Shown: positions 21,056-30,437, numbered from the stretch's first letter. The stretch is 64,000 nucleotides of DNA from Meiothermus sp. (GCA_033762915.1 JANRLD010000007.1:32001-96000); one strand, 5' to 3'. The notes: generated from the letters alone by a model not told the origin. Made by a program: numbers and translations.

Positions 21056-21717
21056 ATGTGATCGTGGTGGGCGGAGGGAAGATGGGGGCCGACCTGGCGG
21101 GCATCCTCTGCGCCGGGGGGCACCAGGTTCGGGTGCTTGAGCTGCGGGCCGAGCGGCTGGCGGTCTTGCGGCGCGAGCTACCCCCGGAGTCGGTGCTCGG
21201 GGGCAGTGGCACCGACCCCGCACTGCTCGAGGCAGCAGGTGTCCGGCAGGCCGGGGTGGTAGCCGCCGTTACCGGCAGCGACGAGGCCAACCTGGTAGTG
21301 ACCAGTCTGGCCCGGCTCGAGTTCGCGGTGCCGCGCACCATCGCCCGCGTCAACAACCCCAGAAACGCCTGGATGTTCACGCCGCAGATGGGGGTGGACG
21401 TGGCCCTCAACCCCTCCGACCTGATGGCCCACCTCATCGCCGAGGAGATGTCGCTGGGCGAGATGATGACCCTCCTGAAGCTGCGCAGGGGGCAGTTCTC
21501 GCTGGTCGAGGAGAAGCTAGACCCCAGAGCCCCGGCGGTAGGCAAGGCGGTGCGCGAACTCGCCCTGCCCTCGGAATGTAACCTGGTTGCCGTGCTGCGC
21601 GGCAGCCGGCTTTTGCTGCCCAAGCCCGACCTAGTTCTCAGCCCCGAAGACGAGGTTTTGGCTGTCGTGCACAGCGATCACGCGGCGACCCTTGCGGCCT
21701 TGCTGGGGGTCCGGTAA
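21052..21717 (+). CDS. TrkA family RCK protein 2
   Basis: IVVGGGKMG, TGSDEANL, IARVNNPRN. Confidence 0.9.
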   Translation: MNVIVVGGGKMGADLAGILCAGGHQVRVLELRAERLAVLRRELPPESVLGGSGTDPALLEAAGVRQAGVVAAVTGSDEANLVVTSLARLEFAVPRTIARVNNPRNAWMFTPQMGVDVALNPSDLMAHLIAEEMSLGEMMTLLKLRRGQFSLVEEKLDPRAPAVGKAVRELALPSECNLVAVLRGSRLLLPKPDLVLSPEDEVLAVVHSDHAATLAALLGVR

Positions 21718-21762
21718 TCTGACCGTAACAACCCCGTCCTAGGCTGTAGTCTGGTGGGTGCT

Positions 21763-22209
21763 ATGACAACCCAGGTGGCTCATTGGGAGCACTTCCGCCA
21801 TCCGGCGGGGGTAGGGGTGCGGGGGGTAGGGGAGAGTCTGGATCAGGCCTTCGAGCAGGCGGGCTTGGCGCTTACGGCGGTCGTCGCCGACCCGGCCAAG
21901 GTCCGCCCGGCCCAGCCGGTGGTGATCGAGTGCGAGGCCTCGAGGGCCTCCCTGCTGCTGCTGGACTGGCTCGAGGCGCTGATTCGCGAGATGAACACCC
22001 GCCGGATGCGCTTCAGCCGCTTCGAGCTGCACCTTGGCCCGCCCGACCTCGGGGGCGGTCTAGGCCTCTACGCGCTGGCCTGGGGCGAGGCCCAAGACTC
22101 CGACCCGCACCCGCCCCCGGCGGATTTGAAGGGCCCCACCTACGAGGAACTCGAGGTCACCCAAGACGAGCACGACCGTTGGATCGCGCAGTGCGTGGTA
22201 GAGGTTTGA
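21763..22209 (+). CDS. Archease family protein (degenerate motifs)
   Basis: WEHFRHPAGVGVRG..AFEQA..DWL..ALAWGE..KGPTYEEL..AQCVVEV matches the archease pattern. Confidence 0.8.
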   Translation: MTTQVAHWEHFRHPAGVGVRGVGESLDQAFEQAGLALTAVVADPAKVRPAQPVVIECEASRASLLLLDWLEALIREMNTRRMRFSRFELHLGPPDLGGGLGLYALAWGEAQDSDPHPPPADLKGPTYEELEVTQDEHDRWIAQCVVEV

Positions 22210-22468
22210 GAGCGGTTCCCACGAACACTCGGTACGGCGGTTTTTGCCGTACCGAGTGCACTATTCCGCTGATTCTGTTGGCGAAGTCGGGGTGCAACTC
22301 GAGAAGTCGTGTTTTCATCGGTATCTCAATCCTCGCTTTATCGCCCAGATTTGGAGTTCGCCAACAGAAACTCCGCTTTTTACACGCTTTAGCGCCTGCT
22401 TTAGCGCCCGCTTTAGCGCCCGCTTTAGCGCAGCACCGTGGGCGGAGTATGGGTGGGAAACGCGATAG
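22207..22468 (+). mobile_element. MITE-like repeat family B, copy 2 (11-bp tandem repeats and nested insert)
   Basis: TGAGAGCGGTTCCCACGAACAC start shared with 5330; four GCTTTAGCGC units at 22386-22430. Confidence 0.72.
22271..22371. mobile_element. Nested 101-bp MITE
   Basis: 13-bp perfect IR TTCTGTTGGCGAA/TTCGCCAACAGAA, flanked by TCCGCT direct repeats; absent from the homologous site near 5387. Confidence 0.75.
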
Positions 22469-22594
22469 GGAGTACATGACCTGCCACCACGAGAGAGGTA
22501 ATGGTGGGAACCGCGATGAGATCAGTGGCCGCAAGACCGTAAGCGCTGCAAGACTTTTACACAACTTTTTGATATGCTTACATCGCCCCACACT

Positions 22595-22795
22595 TCGAGC
22601 TACCCTGCTCAAGGTTCCCATTGGAACACCTCGAAGTTGGGATTTCTCTTTAAAAAGCGGTTCGGACGTGTTCGAATGGTTCCACCCACCGTAAACGCTT
22701 CCATAACTTTTTCAAAACTCTCTGCTACCGTCTAAAGTGCCCGATCTCGAGCCACCCTGCTCATAAGGTTCCCATTGGAACCCCTCGAGGTTGGG
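22595..22795 (+). repeat. Two ~48-bp direct repeats with palindromic core GTTCC-CATT-GGAAC
   Basis: 22595-22641 and 22747-22795 align with few differences. Confidence 0.8.
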
Positions 22796-22822
22796 CTTTT
22801 GCTTTTCCCTTACAATCTGGGG

Positions 22823-23146
22823 GTGCGCCCCACTTGGTCTTCGACCCTCTGGCTGGAGCTGTTGGGCGGTTTGCTGATTGTGCTGGGGGCGTTGCTGGCC
22901 CTGGCAGCCTGGTACGTCGCGGCCAACCCGCCCGACCCCGGCCTGGGAAAGGCTTTGCTCAAGGTTGGGGTCAACCTCAGCGCAATCGGGCAGGGCATCG
23001 CAGCGCGGGTCTCGACCCTGGCGGCGGGCATGGCCGTGGTGGGGGCGATTTTGTTTTTCGGGGCGGCCTATTTAGTGCAGGCTTTTCGGCTGGTGCTAGC
23101 AGTGCTGGTCGTAGCAACGCTGGGGGTTTGGTTCTGGCTGCTGTAG
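22823..23146 (+). CDS. Hypothetical membrane protein
   Basis: Hydrophobic ORF; TACAAT 6 nt upstream of GTG (leaderless pattern). Confidence 0.65.
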   Translation: MRPTWSSTLWLELLGGLLIVLGALLALAAWYVAANPPDPGLGKALLKVGVNLSAIGQGIAARVSTLAAGMAVVGAILFFGAAYLVQAFRLVLAVLVVATLGVWFWLL

Positions 23147-23437
23147 GGAGGTCTCCAGCCACCCCACCTCGCCTCGTCGGTCAACCCCCTGACACCGGAC
23201 CCCCACCCCTGTTTGGGGGTTGTTGCTTTATTGGAAGTGATTCCAAAAACCACAACTAAACATTCTGAAGCACAAAAGCGGCCAGATTCGGCTCGAGCCG
23301 CCGAGTTGGCGTTACATGAGAACGCCGGTGAACTTACATTTACGGTCATTATGCCGCTGCCTTTAGATGCCGATTCCCCTACAGTTGGGGTACTGGGTGT
23401 TTGTCGGCCCTCCAGCGCCAGACCTGCGGAGAACTCC

Positions 23438-23887
23438 ATGCCAAGACCCCGTGCCCAAGGTTTTTCCTTAGTCGAGATCCTAATCGTCCTGGCCTTACTC
23501 GGCATTATCGGGGGGATCGGTGCGATGGGCTATGGCCAGATCCGAGCGGGCCAGACCGCACGCGCGGGCATCACCACCCTTAGCCAGATCATGGCCAAGG
23601 CCGCCACCATGGCCTCGAGCCGGGGCGTGCCGCTGAGCCTGGTCAAAAAAGGGAATGTCCTCGAGGTCAGAACCCGGGACGCGACACCACAAGTGCTGTT
23701 GCGCGAAACCCTCCCCGCCGACCTCGCCAGCCAGTTGCCCAGTGCCGACCCCTGGGTCACCTTTAGCTCGGTGGGCCGGGTCGTCGTACCCAACGCCAGC
23801 CACAACCCCTTCTCGGTCGCCTCGAGGGGCACGACCTACACCCTGACCGTCTCGCTGATCGGCGAGGTGAAGGTGGTGGGCCGGTGA
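23438..23887 (+). CDS. Type IV minor pilin (FimT-like)
   Basis: Prepilin motif QG|FSLVEILIVL. Confidence 0.9.
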   Translation: MPRPRAQGFSLVEILIVLALLGIIGGIGAMGYGQIRAGQTARAGITTLSQIMAKAATMASSRGVPLSLVKKGNVLEVRTRDATPQVLLRETLPADLASQLPSADPWVTFSSVGRVVVPNASHNPFSVASRGTTYTLTVSLIGEVKVVGR

Positions 23888-24357
23888 GGACTCGAGGGTT
23901 CAGCCTAATGGAGCTGCTGATTGCTATTGCGATTATCGCCATTGCGCTAACCGCCTTCACTTCGGCGGCAGTCTCCAACATGCAGTACAACACCGACACC
24001 GGACGCCGCACCCAGGCCGCGCAGATTCTCAACTACGTGGGGCAGAAGGTGGTGGTGGGCGACTCGAGGCTGCTTCCCGGCTCCGGCACCACCCTCAAGA
24101 AGTGGGAGTACGGAAAGTTGGCCGGTGGCCTTACCGACCTCAAGAGAACCACCGGCTTTGGCAACCTCGACATTTACCAACTGGTGGTGGAGCGCACAGG
24201 GGTCTGGAGCGATGCCAGCGGGAGCGTGACCCTGCAGAAGTACGAGATTCGGGTCTGCTGGCGGGGTAAGGGCGGCGAGCAGTGCGCAAAGGCCACGACC
24301 CTGGGGCCGCAAGCCCTGGCAGTCGGGGTGTCGCCCCCGCTGCCGGGCATCAACTAA
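23884..24357 (+). CDS. Type IV minor pilin (PilV-like)
   Basis: RG|FSLMELLIAI; overlapping GTGA junction. Confidence 0.9.
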   Translation: MRTRGFSLMELLIAIAIIAIALTAFTSAAVSNMQYNTDTGRRTQAAQILNYVGQKVVVGDSRLLPGSGTTLKKWEYGKLAGGLTDLKRTTGFGNLDIYQLVVERTGVWSDASGSVTLQKYEIRVCWRGKGGEQCAKATTLGPQALAVGVSPPLPGIN

Positions 24358-24371
24358 CTAAAGAGGCGTGC

Positions 24372-25232
24372 ATGGGTCTGAGAAAGGGTTTTACTATCGT
24401 CGAACTGGTGATCGGGCTGGCCATCCTGGGCATCGTGCTGGTGGTGGCGGTGCAGGCCCTGGCCCAGTTCCTGCGGATTCAGACCGACCAGGAGGCCTTC
24501 ACCAGCGCGCAGACCAAGCTGAGGCGGGTGGGCGAGGTCATTGCCCAGGACGTGCGGGGCTCGATCTTCGGGGGGGTGGTCAACGTCCCCAGAGTGTCGG
24601 ACTCGAGCGGCTTCTCGGTGGCCCTGATCGCGGGCGGGGTGGGCTACCAGGTGCTGCCCTACGCAACCACCAGCGCGACCAGCATCCAGGCCATCGGTTC
24701 GCCGATGTTCGGTGGCACCGACCGGGCCTTTCTGTATGCCGGGGGGCAGGGGGTGGTGCTGCCGCTCTCGAGCGCCCCTTCGGTCTCGGGCAACACCTTC
24801 ACCCTTAGCTTTTCCAGCTGCGGGGCCACGGTGCCCTTCGCGGGCAGCAGTGCCGCCGCCGGATCCAGCAACTCCACCCTGGTCTTCCCGGTGCGGGCCG
24901 CCGCCTACTGGCTGGACAGTTCCAGCCAGACCTTGCGTTACCAGGAGAACGGCCAGGCCGCCCAAGATCTGGCCTACAACATCACCCAGTTCGAGGTCGA
25001 GTACATCTACAGCGACGGTGCGGGCAATTTTGCCACCAACCCCGGGGGCTACAACGCCGGGGGTTCGGTGCGGATGTCGCTGGCCTCCGGCTGGACGCTC
25101 TCCGGTCTGCGCGTCACCCTCTCGGCCAGGGAGCGCTCCTTCGGGGGCTTTAAGACCCGCACCTACTCCAACGAAATCTCCCTCGCTAGCAACGGCGTGC
25201 TCGAGCTGAACCAGGTGGTGAGTTGCAGATGA
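24372..25232 (+). CDS. Type IV minor pilin (PilW-like)
   Basis: KG|FTIVELVIGL. Confidence 0.9.
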   Translation: MGLRKGFTIVELVIGLAILGIVLVVAVQALAQFLRIQTDQEAFTSAQTKLRRVGEVIAQDVRGSIFGGVVNVPRVSDSSGFSVALIAGGVGYQVLPYATTSATSIQAIGSPMFGGTDRAFLYAGGQGVVLPLSSAPSVSGNTFTLSFSSCGATVPFAGSSAAAGSSNSTLVFPVRAAAYWLDSSSQTLRYQENGQAAQDLAYNITQFEVEYIYSDGAGNFATNPGGYNAGGSVRMSLASGWTLSGLRVTLSARERSFGGFKTRTYSNEISLASNGVLELNQVVSCR

Positions 25233-27091
25233 CCAAGCGCGGCGCAGCCTTCGTAGTGGTTCTGATGCTGATCGTGGTGATCGGAAGTATCAGCACCCTT
25301 ATGTTCAACCGTACCTACAGTGAGATGCGCCACAGCGCGGCCAATGCGGGCATCGTCCAGACCCTTATGCTGGCCAGGGGGGCCGCCAACGTGGGGGGTA
25401 ACCTGCTGACCGGACCCGTCGGCGCCGAGCTGAACGCCGTCCTTCAGCAGCAGTACAGCCGCACCAACCGCTGGGCCTTCGGGGGCAACGCGCTGGGCGT
25501 GCAGCCGGACGCCGCCCAGACCGCCAACGACCTTGGCGCGGTGGCGGCGGCCCTACAGACCCGGGTGGACGCGGTAATCTGCGACCCCAAGCTCTCCCAG
25601 ATGGCCGAGGGCGTGACCGTGACCCTGAGGGTCTACTTCACCGACACCTCCAACGCCTGCGGCTCTTCGCGCCCACTGCCCTCTGGCATCGCCCTCTCGA
25701 GGGGCCGATTTGTGGCCGGCCAGGCGCGCTCTGGCGGCGGAGAAACCAGTTCCCAGACCTACGCCCTGCCTTTCGTGATGGTGGCCGAGGCCACCCAGCG
25801 CGAGTACCGGCGCAACGTGGTCTTCCAGGGCGAGTACCGCTTCGACCTCGGGGTGAGCAGCTTCGCCCGTTACGCCCTGTTCACCAACCAGCACCAGACC
25901 GAGACCGGCATCCCTATCTGGTTCACCGACCGCACCCGCTTCGACGGCCCCGTGCACACCAACCAGAACTTTCGCTTCGCGGGCAAGCCCAAATTCAACG
26001 GCCAGGTGACCAGTGCGGGCTGCACCAGCCCCTCGCGCACAGGCTGTACCAGCGGCACCTACAAACGGGGCGGCATCTTTATGGGGGTCAACGGCAATAA
26101 CGTGGTGGCACCCCAAGACATGAACTCCGCCACCCAGCCCGACATGAACGGCAACGCGCCGGAGTTGCCGAGCGGGGTCAATTGGAACGAGGAGTTTATC
26201 GGGCTGCCAGAAAACGCCGAAGACCAGTCGTCGGCAGCTAGCACCGGCGGGCTGGTACTCAGCGAGGCCATGGCCAGCCTGAAGCTCTATGCCGGGACCG
26301 CCAGCGAGCAGCCACTCACCGCCAGCGGGAGCACCTCCGGATCGGGCTGGACCCCCGAGCCTGCCCCCTACCAATACATCGAGACCTGCCCGGCTTCCGG
26401 AACCCCCTGTACCCTGTACCGCTACGGCCCGGACAAGGTCTTGTACCAGAAGAACAACCTTACCAAAACCTGGAGCAGCGTGCGTACCGGGTTTAATGGG
26501 GTGATCTTCTCCAACCACCGCATCGAAAACCTGACCGGGCCGGCCCGCAGCGACCGCTCCAAACCCGCGACAGCCCCCCCGGCCCTCGCGCAGTTCGCCG
26601 AACTCACCGTGGTGAACGCAGGCTCGAGCAGCAACATCGGGATCAAGGGTGACCTTAAGTACGAGAAGGTGCCCTGCCCCGAGAGGCTCTCCAACGGCAA
26701 TAGCCCCTGCTCCAACCTGGATGCCGACAACGTGCTGGGGGTCTACAGCCAGGACGGGGAGATCGTGCTGGGCGACGGGACCGACAATTCCCTGCAGGAC
26801 CTCACCATCCACGGCGTACTCATGAGCGGTTCGCGTACGGTGCGGGTCGAGGGCTACGACACCATCAGACCCAAGGGCGCGGTGAACCTTCTGGGGGGCC
26901 TGATATCCAACTTTTACGGTGCCTTTGGTCAGTTCAACTCTACCGGCCCCACCAGTGGCTACGGACGCAACTTCACTTACGACGCCCGGATGCTCGAGGG
27001 CAAGGCCCCGCCCTACTTCCCCGGCATGAAGTTCACCGCCGGCGGCACGCCCGTGGTGGTCAGCTTCGGCCAGCGCGAGCAGGTGTATTGA
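25229..27091 (+). CDS. PilX-like / ComZ-like large pilin (DUF4900-type)
   Basis: RG|AAFVVVL (no Glu5), FARYALFT, FDGPVHTN, GYGRNFTYDAR..PPYFP; fourth gene of the minor pilin cluster. Confidence 0.8.
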   Translation: MTKRGAAFVVVLMLIVVIGSISTLMFNRTYSEMRHSAANAGIVQTLMLARGAANVGGNLLTGPVGAELNAVLQQQYSRTNRWAFGGNALGVQPDAAQTANDLGAVAAALQTRVDAVICDPKLSQMAEGVTVTLRVYFTDTSNACGSSRPLPSGIALSRGRFVAGQARSGGGETSSQTYALPFVMVAEATQREYRRNVVFQGEYRFDLGVSSFARYALFTNQHQTETGIPIWFTDRTRFDGPVHTNQNFRFAGKPKFNGQVTSAGCTSPSRTGCTSGTYKRGGIFMGVNGNNVVAPQDMNSATQPDMNGNAPELPSGVNWNEEFIGLPENAEDQSSAASTGGLVLSEAMASLKLYAGTASEQPLTASGSTSGSGWTPEPAPYQYIETCPASGTPCTLYRYGPDKVLYQKNNLTKTWSSVRTGFNGVIFSNHRIENLTGPARSDRSKPATAPPALAQFAELTVVNAGSSSNIGIKGDLKYEKVPCPERLSNGNSPCSNLDADNVLGVYSQDGEIVLGDGTDNSLQDLTIHGVLMSGSRTVRVEGYDTIRPKGAVNLLGGLISNFYGAFGQFNSTGPTSGYGRNFTYDARMLEGKAPPYFPGMKFTAGGTPVVVSFGQREQVY

Positions 27092-27198
27092 CGGCGGCTC
27101 CCGCGCTTACCCCCGCAGCCGGGTCAGGGCGTTCGGGAGCCCGAAGCTGGCGGGAGTGTGGTCGCCCGGCGCACCACGCCCGGCAAATCCGCCCTGGC

Positions 27199-27873
27199 TC
27201 AGCGCCTCGGCAGGCGCAGCAGTTCGCTGACCCTAAGGTCGTTGCCGTTGCCGAAGACGGTCTTGACCACCCCCACGTCCAGGGCGTACCAGTAGGTGGC
27301 CCGGAAGGTCGGGCTGCCCAGCGGCAGGGGGATCGAGGTCTGGAAGCGCAGGCTGTTGAGGCTCTCGACCCGGAAGGCGTTGAAGCGCCCGGCGGGCACC
27401 GCCACCGCCTCCTGAGCGGCAATGCGGAAGGTGGTCTCGAGGGTCATCCGGCCCGAGACCGGCAGTACACCGAACCGGCCTTCGCCCTCGATCTCCACCT
27501 TCTGCTGCCAGCTGGCCCCCACCTGCCAGGCGTCGGCCTCGGGGATCTCGATCCCGCTCACCTTGATGCTGCGAACCGTGACGCCGTCACCGCCCAGCCC
27601 CTCCCCGGCGGTTCGGATGCCCTCTGGGGTGCATACGTAGCGGGTGTCGTTGCGGATCTCTCCGCCGTTGGCGTCGCTCCCCCGCAGTTGGGTCACGAAG
27701 CTGTTGCCGTACAACACCTTGCGGGCCGTGACGTTCCCGGCGGACTGCCCCTTGGCGTCGAGCAGCCGGTACTCCCAGACCCAACCCTCCCGCAACGGCG
27801 AGAAGGGCTGGTCGCAGAGCTGGGCCAGCCCGGCAGACAACAACACCACCAGCGAGGCGATCCACCGGCGCAT
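27199..27873 (-). CDS. Secreted beta-rich hypothetical protein
   Basis: Signal peptide, VAVPAGRF and YWYALDVGVVK motifs. Confidence 0.75.
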   Translation of the reverse strand: MRRWIASLVVLLSAGLAQLCDQPFSPLREGWVWEYRLLDAKGQSAGNVTARKVLYGNSFVTQLRGSDANGGEIRNDTRYVCTPEGIRTAGEGLGGDGVTVRSIKVSGIEIPEADAWQVGASWQQKVEIEGEGRFGVLPVSGRMTLETTFRIAAQEAVAVPAGRFNAFRVESLNSLRFQTSIPLPLGSPTFRATYWYALDVGVVKTVFGNGNDLRVSELLRLPRR

Positions 27874-27964
27874 GGTTCAAGGTACGGGGAGGAGGGTTAA
27901 GTTGGGTGAGGAGGGGGCCAGGATAGTCGGCGCCGGAACGCCCCTGACCCTCAAATCCCCAGCC

Positions 27965-29293
27965 TCAACCCGTCGCCTTGCCGAACTCGAGCATGAAGTT
28001 CCTCGAGCTCTCGATGGCCTTCTCGAAGTTGATCAAGTCAAACTTCTCGTTGGGCGAGTGCAGGCTGTCGTCGTCTAGGCCAAAGCCCATCAGCACGATG
28101 GGGATGTCCATCAGCTCTTTAAAGTCGGCCACGATGGGGACGCTGCCCCCCATGCGGTTAAAGACCGGCGGGACGCCCCAGGCGGCCTCGAGAGCCCTCG
28201 CGGCGGCCTGGACGGCGGGGGTCTCGAGGTCGGCCACCACCCCGCGCCCCTCGCCCAGGCTGACCACCTCCATGCGGTAGCCCTCGGGCTTGATCTGCTC
28301 CAGGAACGCTGTGGTCAGCCGGGTGATCTCGGCGGGCTCTTGGTCGGCTACCAGGCGCATCGAGAACTTAAAGAAGGCGCGGGAGGGGATCACGGTCTTG
28401 CCGCCCTCGCCCTGGTAGCCCCCGCCAATGCCGTGCACGTCCAGGGTGGGCCGGGCCCAGACCCGCTCGAGCAGGCTATACCCCGGCTCGCCGGGCATCG
28501 CGTCGGCCCCGATCTCGGCCTGGAACGCGGCTGCGTCGAAGGGCAGGTCGGCCAGCATCTGGCGCTCGCGCTCGGAGAGGGGGCGCACCTTGTCGTAAAA
28601 GCCGGGAATCCGGATTACCCCGTCGGGGGTCTTGAGCTGGGCGATCATCCAGGCGGCGGCGTTGATGGGATTGGGGGCCACCCCACCGTAGTTGCCGGAG
28701 TGCAGGTCGCGGCTGGCCCCCTCGAGGCGTACCTCGATCATGGATATCCCCCGCAGCGAATGGGTGATGGCGGGCCGCCCCGGTGCCAGCATCGAGGAGT
28801 CGGAGACGATCAATGCGTCGGCCCGCAGGCGCTCGAGGTTGCGCCTCACCCAGGGCACCAGGTTGCCGAAGCCCACCTCCTCCTCGCCCTCAATCACAAA
28901 CTTGACATTCACCGGAAGCCGGTCGCCCAGGCTCTCCACCGCAGCGATGTGGGCGAAGATCTGGCCCTTGTCATCGGAGGCCCCGCGCGCGTAAATCTTC
29001 CCGTCGCGGATGGTGGGCTCGAAGGGCGGGGTGTGCCACAACTCCAGCGGGTCGGGGGGCTGCACGTCGTAGTGGCCGTAGATAAGCACGGTGGGGGCGT
29101 TGGGGTCTACGATTTTCTCGGCGTAGACGATGGGGTGGTGGCTGGTGGGGACAACCTCTACCGTGCAGCCCATTCCCCTGAGGTGGTTCTCGAGCCAGGC
29201 CGCGGCCCGCTTCATCTCGGGCCAGTACTTGGGGTCGGCGGAAACCGAGGGGATGGCGATCAGCTCGAGGAGGTCGGAGAGGGCCTTGTTCAC
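27965..29293 (-). CDS. M20 family dipeptidase
   Basis: YGHYDVQP, ARGASDDKG, EGEEE, DLHSG, HSPNEK; GTG start after TATACT. Confidence 0.93.
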   Translation of the reverse strand: MNKALSDLLELIAIPSVSADPKYWPEMKRAAAWLENHLRGMGCTVEVVPTSHHPIVYAEKIVDPNAPTVLIYGHYDVQPPDPLELWHTPPFEPTIRDGKIYARGASDDKGQIFAHIAAVESLGDRLPVNVKFVIEGEEEVGFGNLVPWVRRNLERLRADALIVSDSSMLAPGRPAITHSLRGISMIEVRLEGASRDLHSGNYGGVAPNPINAAAWMIAQLKTPDGVIRIPGFYDKVRPLSERERQMLADLPFDAAAFQAEIGADAMPGEPGYSLLERVWARPTLDVHGIGGGYQGEGGKTVIPSRAFFKFSMRLVADQEPAEITRLTTAFLEQIKPEGYRMEVVSLGEGRGVVADLETPAVQAAARALEAAWGVPPVFNRMGGSVPIVADFKELMDIPIVLMGFGLDDDSLHSPNEKFDLINFEKAIESSRNFMLEFGKATG

Positions 29294-29378
29294 GCGAGAA
29301 AGTATACCCGCCGGGCCGCGCAAGAGTCCGTGTTGGCAGCCGGCCGCCCTGCACAATACAATCAGGCCGGGCAGACCC

Positions 29379-30422
29379 ATGAAGAGCGCAGGGAACGAAC
29401 TCCACATCGCCGACTCGGTGATCCGCCGGTTCTTCTTGGTGCTGATGCCCATCGGGATGGCGGCCTGCTTCCTGGCGATATTCCTGGACCCCAGCCAGAC
29501 CCCGGTTGATGTGGTCGTTCTGCCCCTGCTGGGCCTGACCCTGGGAGCCTTCTCGGTCTGGCTTTGGCTTGACCAGAGGGCCCTTCAGTTCATCAAAACC
29601 CCGCTTTTTGCGCTGTTCATCTTCTACCAGCTGGCTGGCCTGGTCTCGTTCACCCAGTTGGGGCTGCTCTACAGCCAGGGGCTCTCGATAACGGCGATCT
29701 GGTTCACGGTGGTCTACCCCTTCGCCTTCTTGCTCTACCCGCTGGGGCTGGCCAGCCGGATTTCGGTGCTGTACCTGTTGGCGGCCCTGTTGATCGGCCT
29801 ATGGGGCATCTCCCAGAGCCCGTCCTTCACCGCCAAGGGGGTCAACGGCGGCATCCAGTTCTTTCTTGGGAACGCCTTCCTGCTGGTGCTGCTCTACCTC
29901 TACGCACGCTACCGCTACGCCTACGATCGGATGAACCTAATCGCCCACACCGACCACCTCACTGGCCTGCCCAACCGCCGCCGCATGACCCAGCTCATAG
30001 AAGAGGGCCTGACCCTGAAAACCGCCGAGCCCATTGCCCTATTGATCCTCGACCTCGACCACTTCAAGCAGATCAACGACAGCTACGGCCACAGCGCGGG
30101 CGACCAGGTGCTGCGCGAGGCCAGCCTGGTGCTGCAAAGCCGTCTGCGCTCCACCGACGTGCTGGCGAGATGGGGCGGCGAGGAGTTTCTGGTTCTGGCC
30201 CCCGGCAGCACCCTCGAGGCCGCCCAGGCCCTGGGCCAGCGGCTGCGCGAGGCGCTCGAGGCCACCCCCCTGCAAAGCGGAGTGCGGGTCACGGTCAGCC
30301 TGGGCCTCACCACCAGCCGTCCCAGCGACACCCCCGACACCCTGCTCCACCGTGCCGACACCGCCCTATACCGCGCCAAGGCAGCAGGAAGAAATAGGCT
30401 CGAGGTGGAGCTGGCTGGGTAG
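29379..30422 (+). CDS. Membrane-bound diguanylate cyclase
   Basis: About 6 TM, then DHLTGLPNRR, RSTD I-site and GGEEF. Confidence 0.92.
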   Translation: MKSAGNELHIADSVIRRFFLVLMPIGMAACFLAIFLDPSQTPVDVVVLPLLGLTLGAFSVWLWLDQRALQFIKTPLFALFIFYQLAGLVSFTQLGLLYSQGLSITAIWFTVVYPFAFLLYPLGLASRISVLYLLAALLIGLWGISQSPSFTAKGVNGGIQFFLGNAFLLVLLYLYARYRYAYDRMNLIAHTDHLTGLPNRRRMTQLIEEGLTLKTAEPIALLILDLDHFKQINDSYGHSAGDQVLREASLVLQSRLRSTDVLARWGGEEFLVLAPGSTLEAAQALGQRLREALEATPLQSGVRVTVSLGLTTSRPSDTPDTLLHRADTALYRAKAAGRNRLEVELAG

Positions 30423-30437
30423 TTGAGCGCCCTCCGC

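Noticed and set aside
22386..22430. 11-bp tandem repeats, and the nearby 48-bp twin repeats, as a CRISPR array
   Set aside because: No unique spacers of regular length, only two long repeats 152 bp apart, and no cas genes
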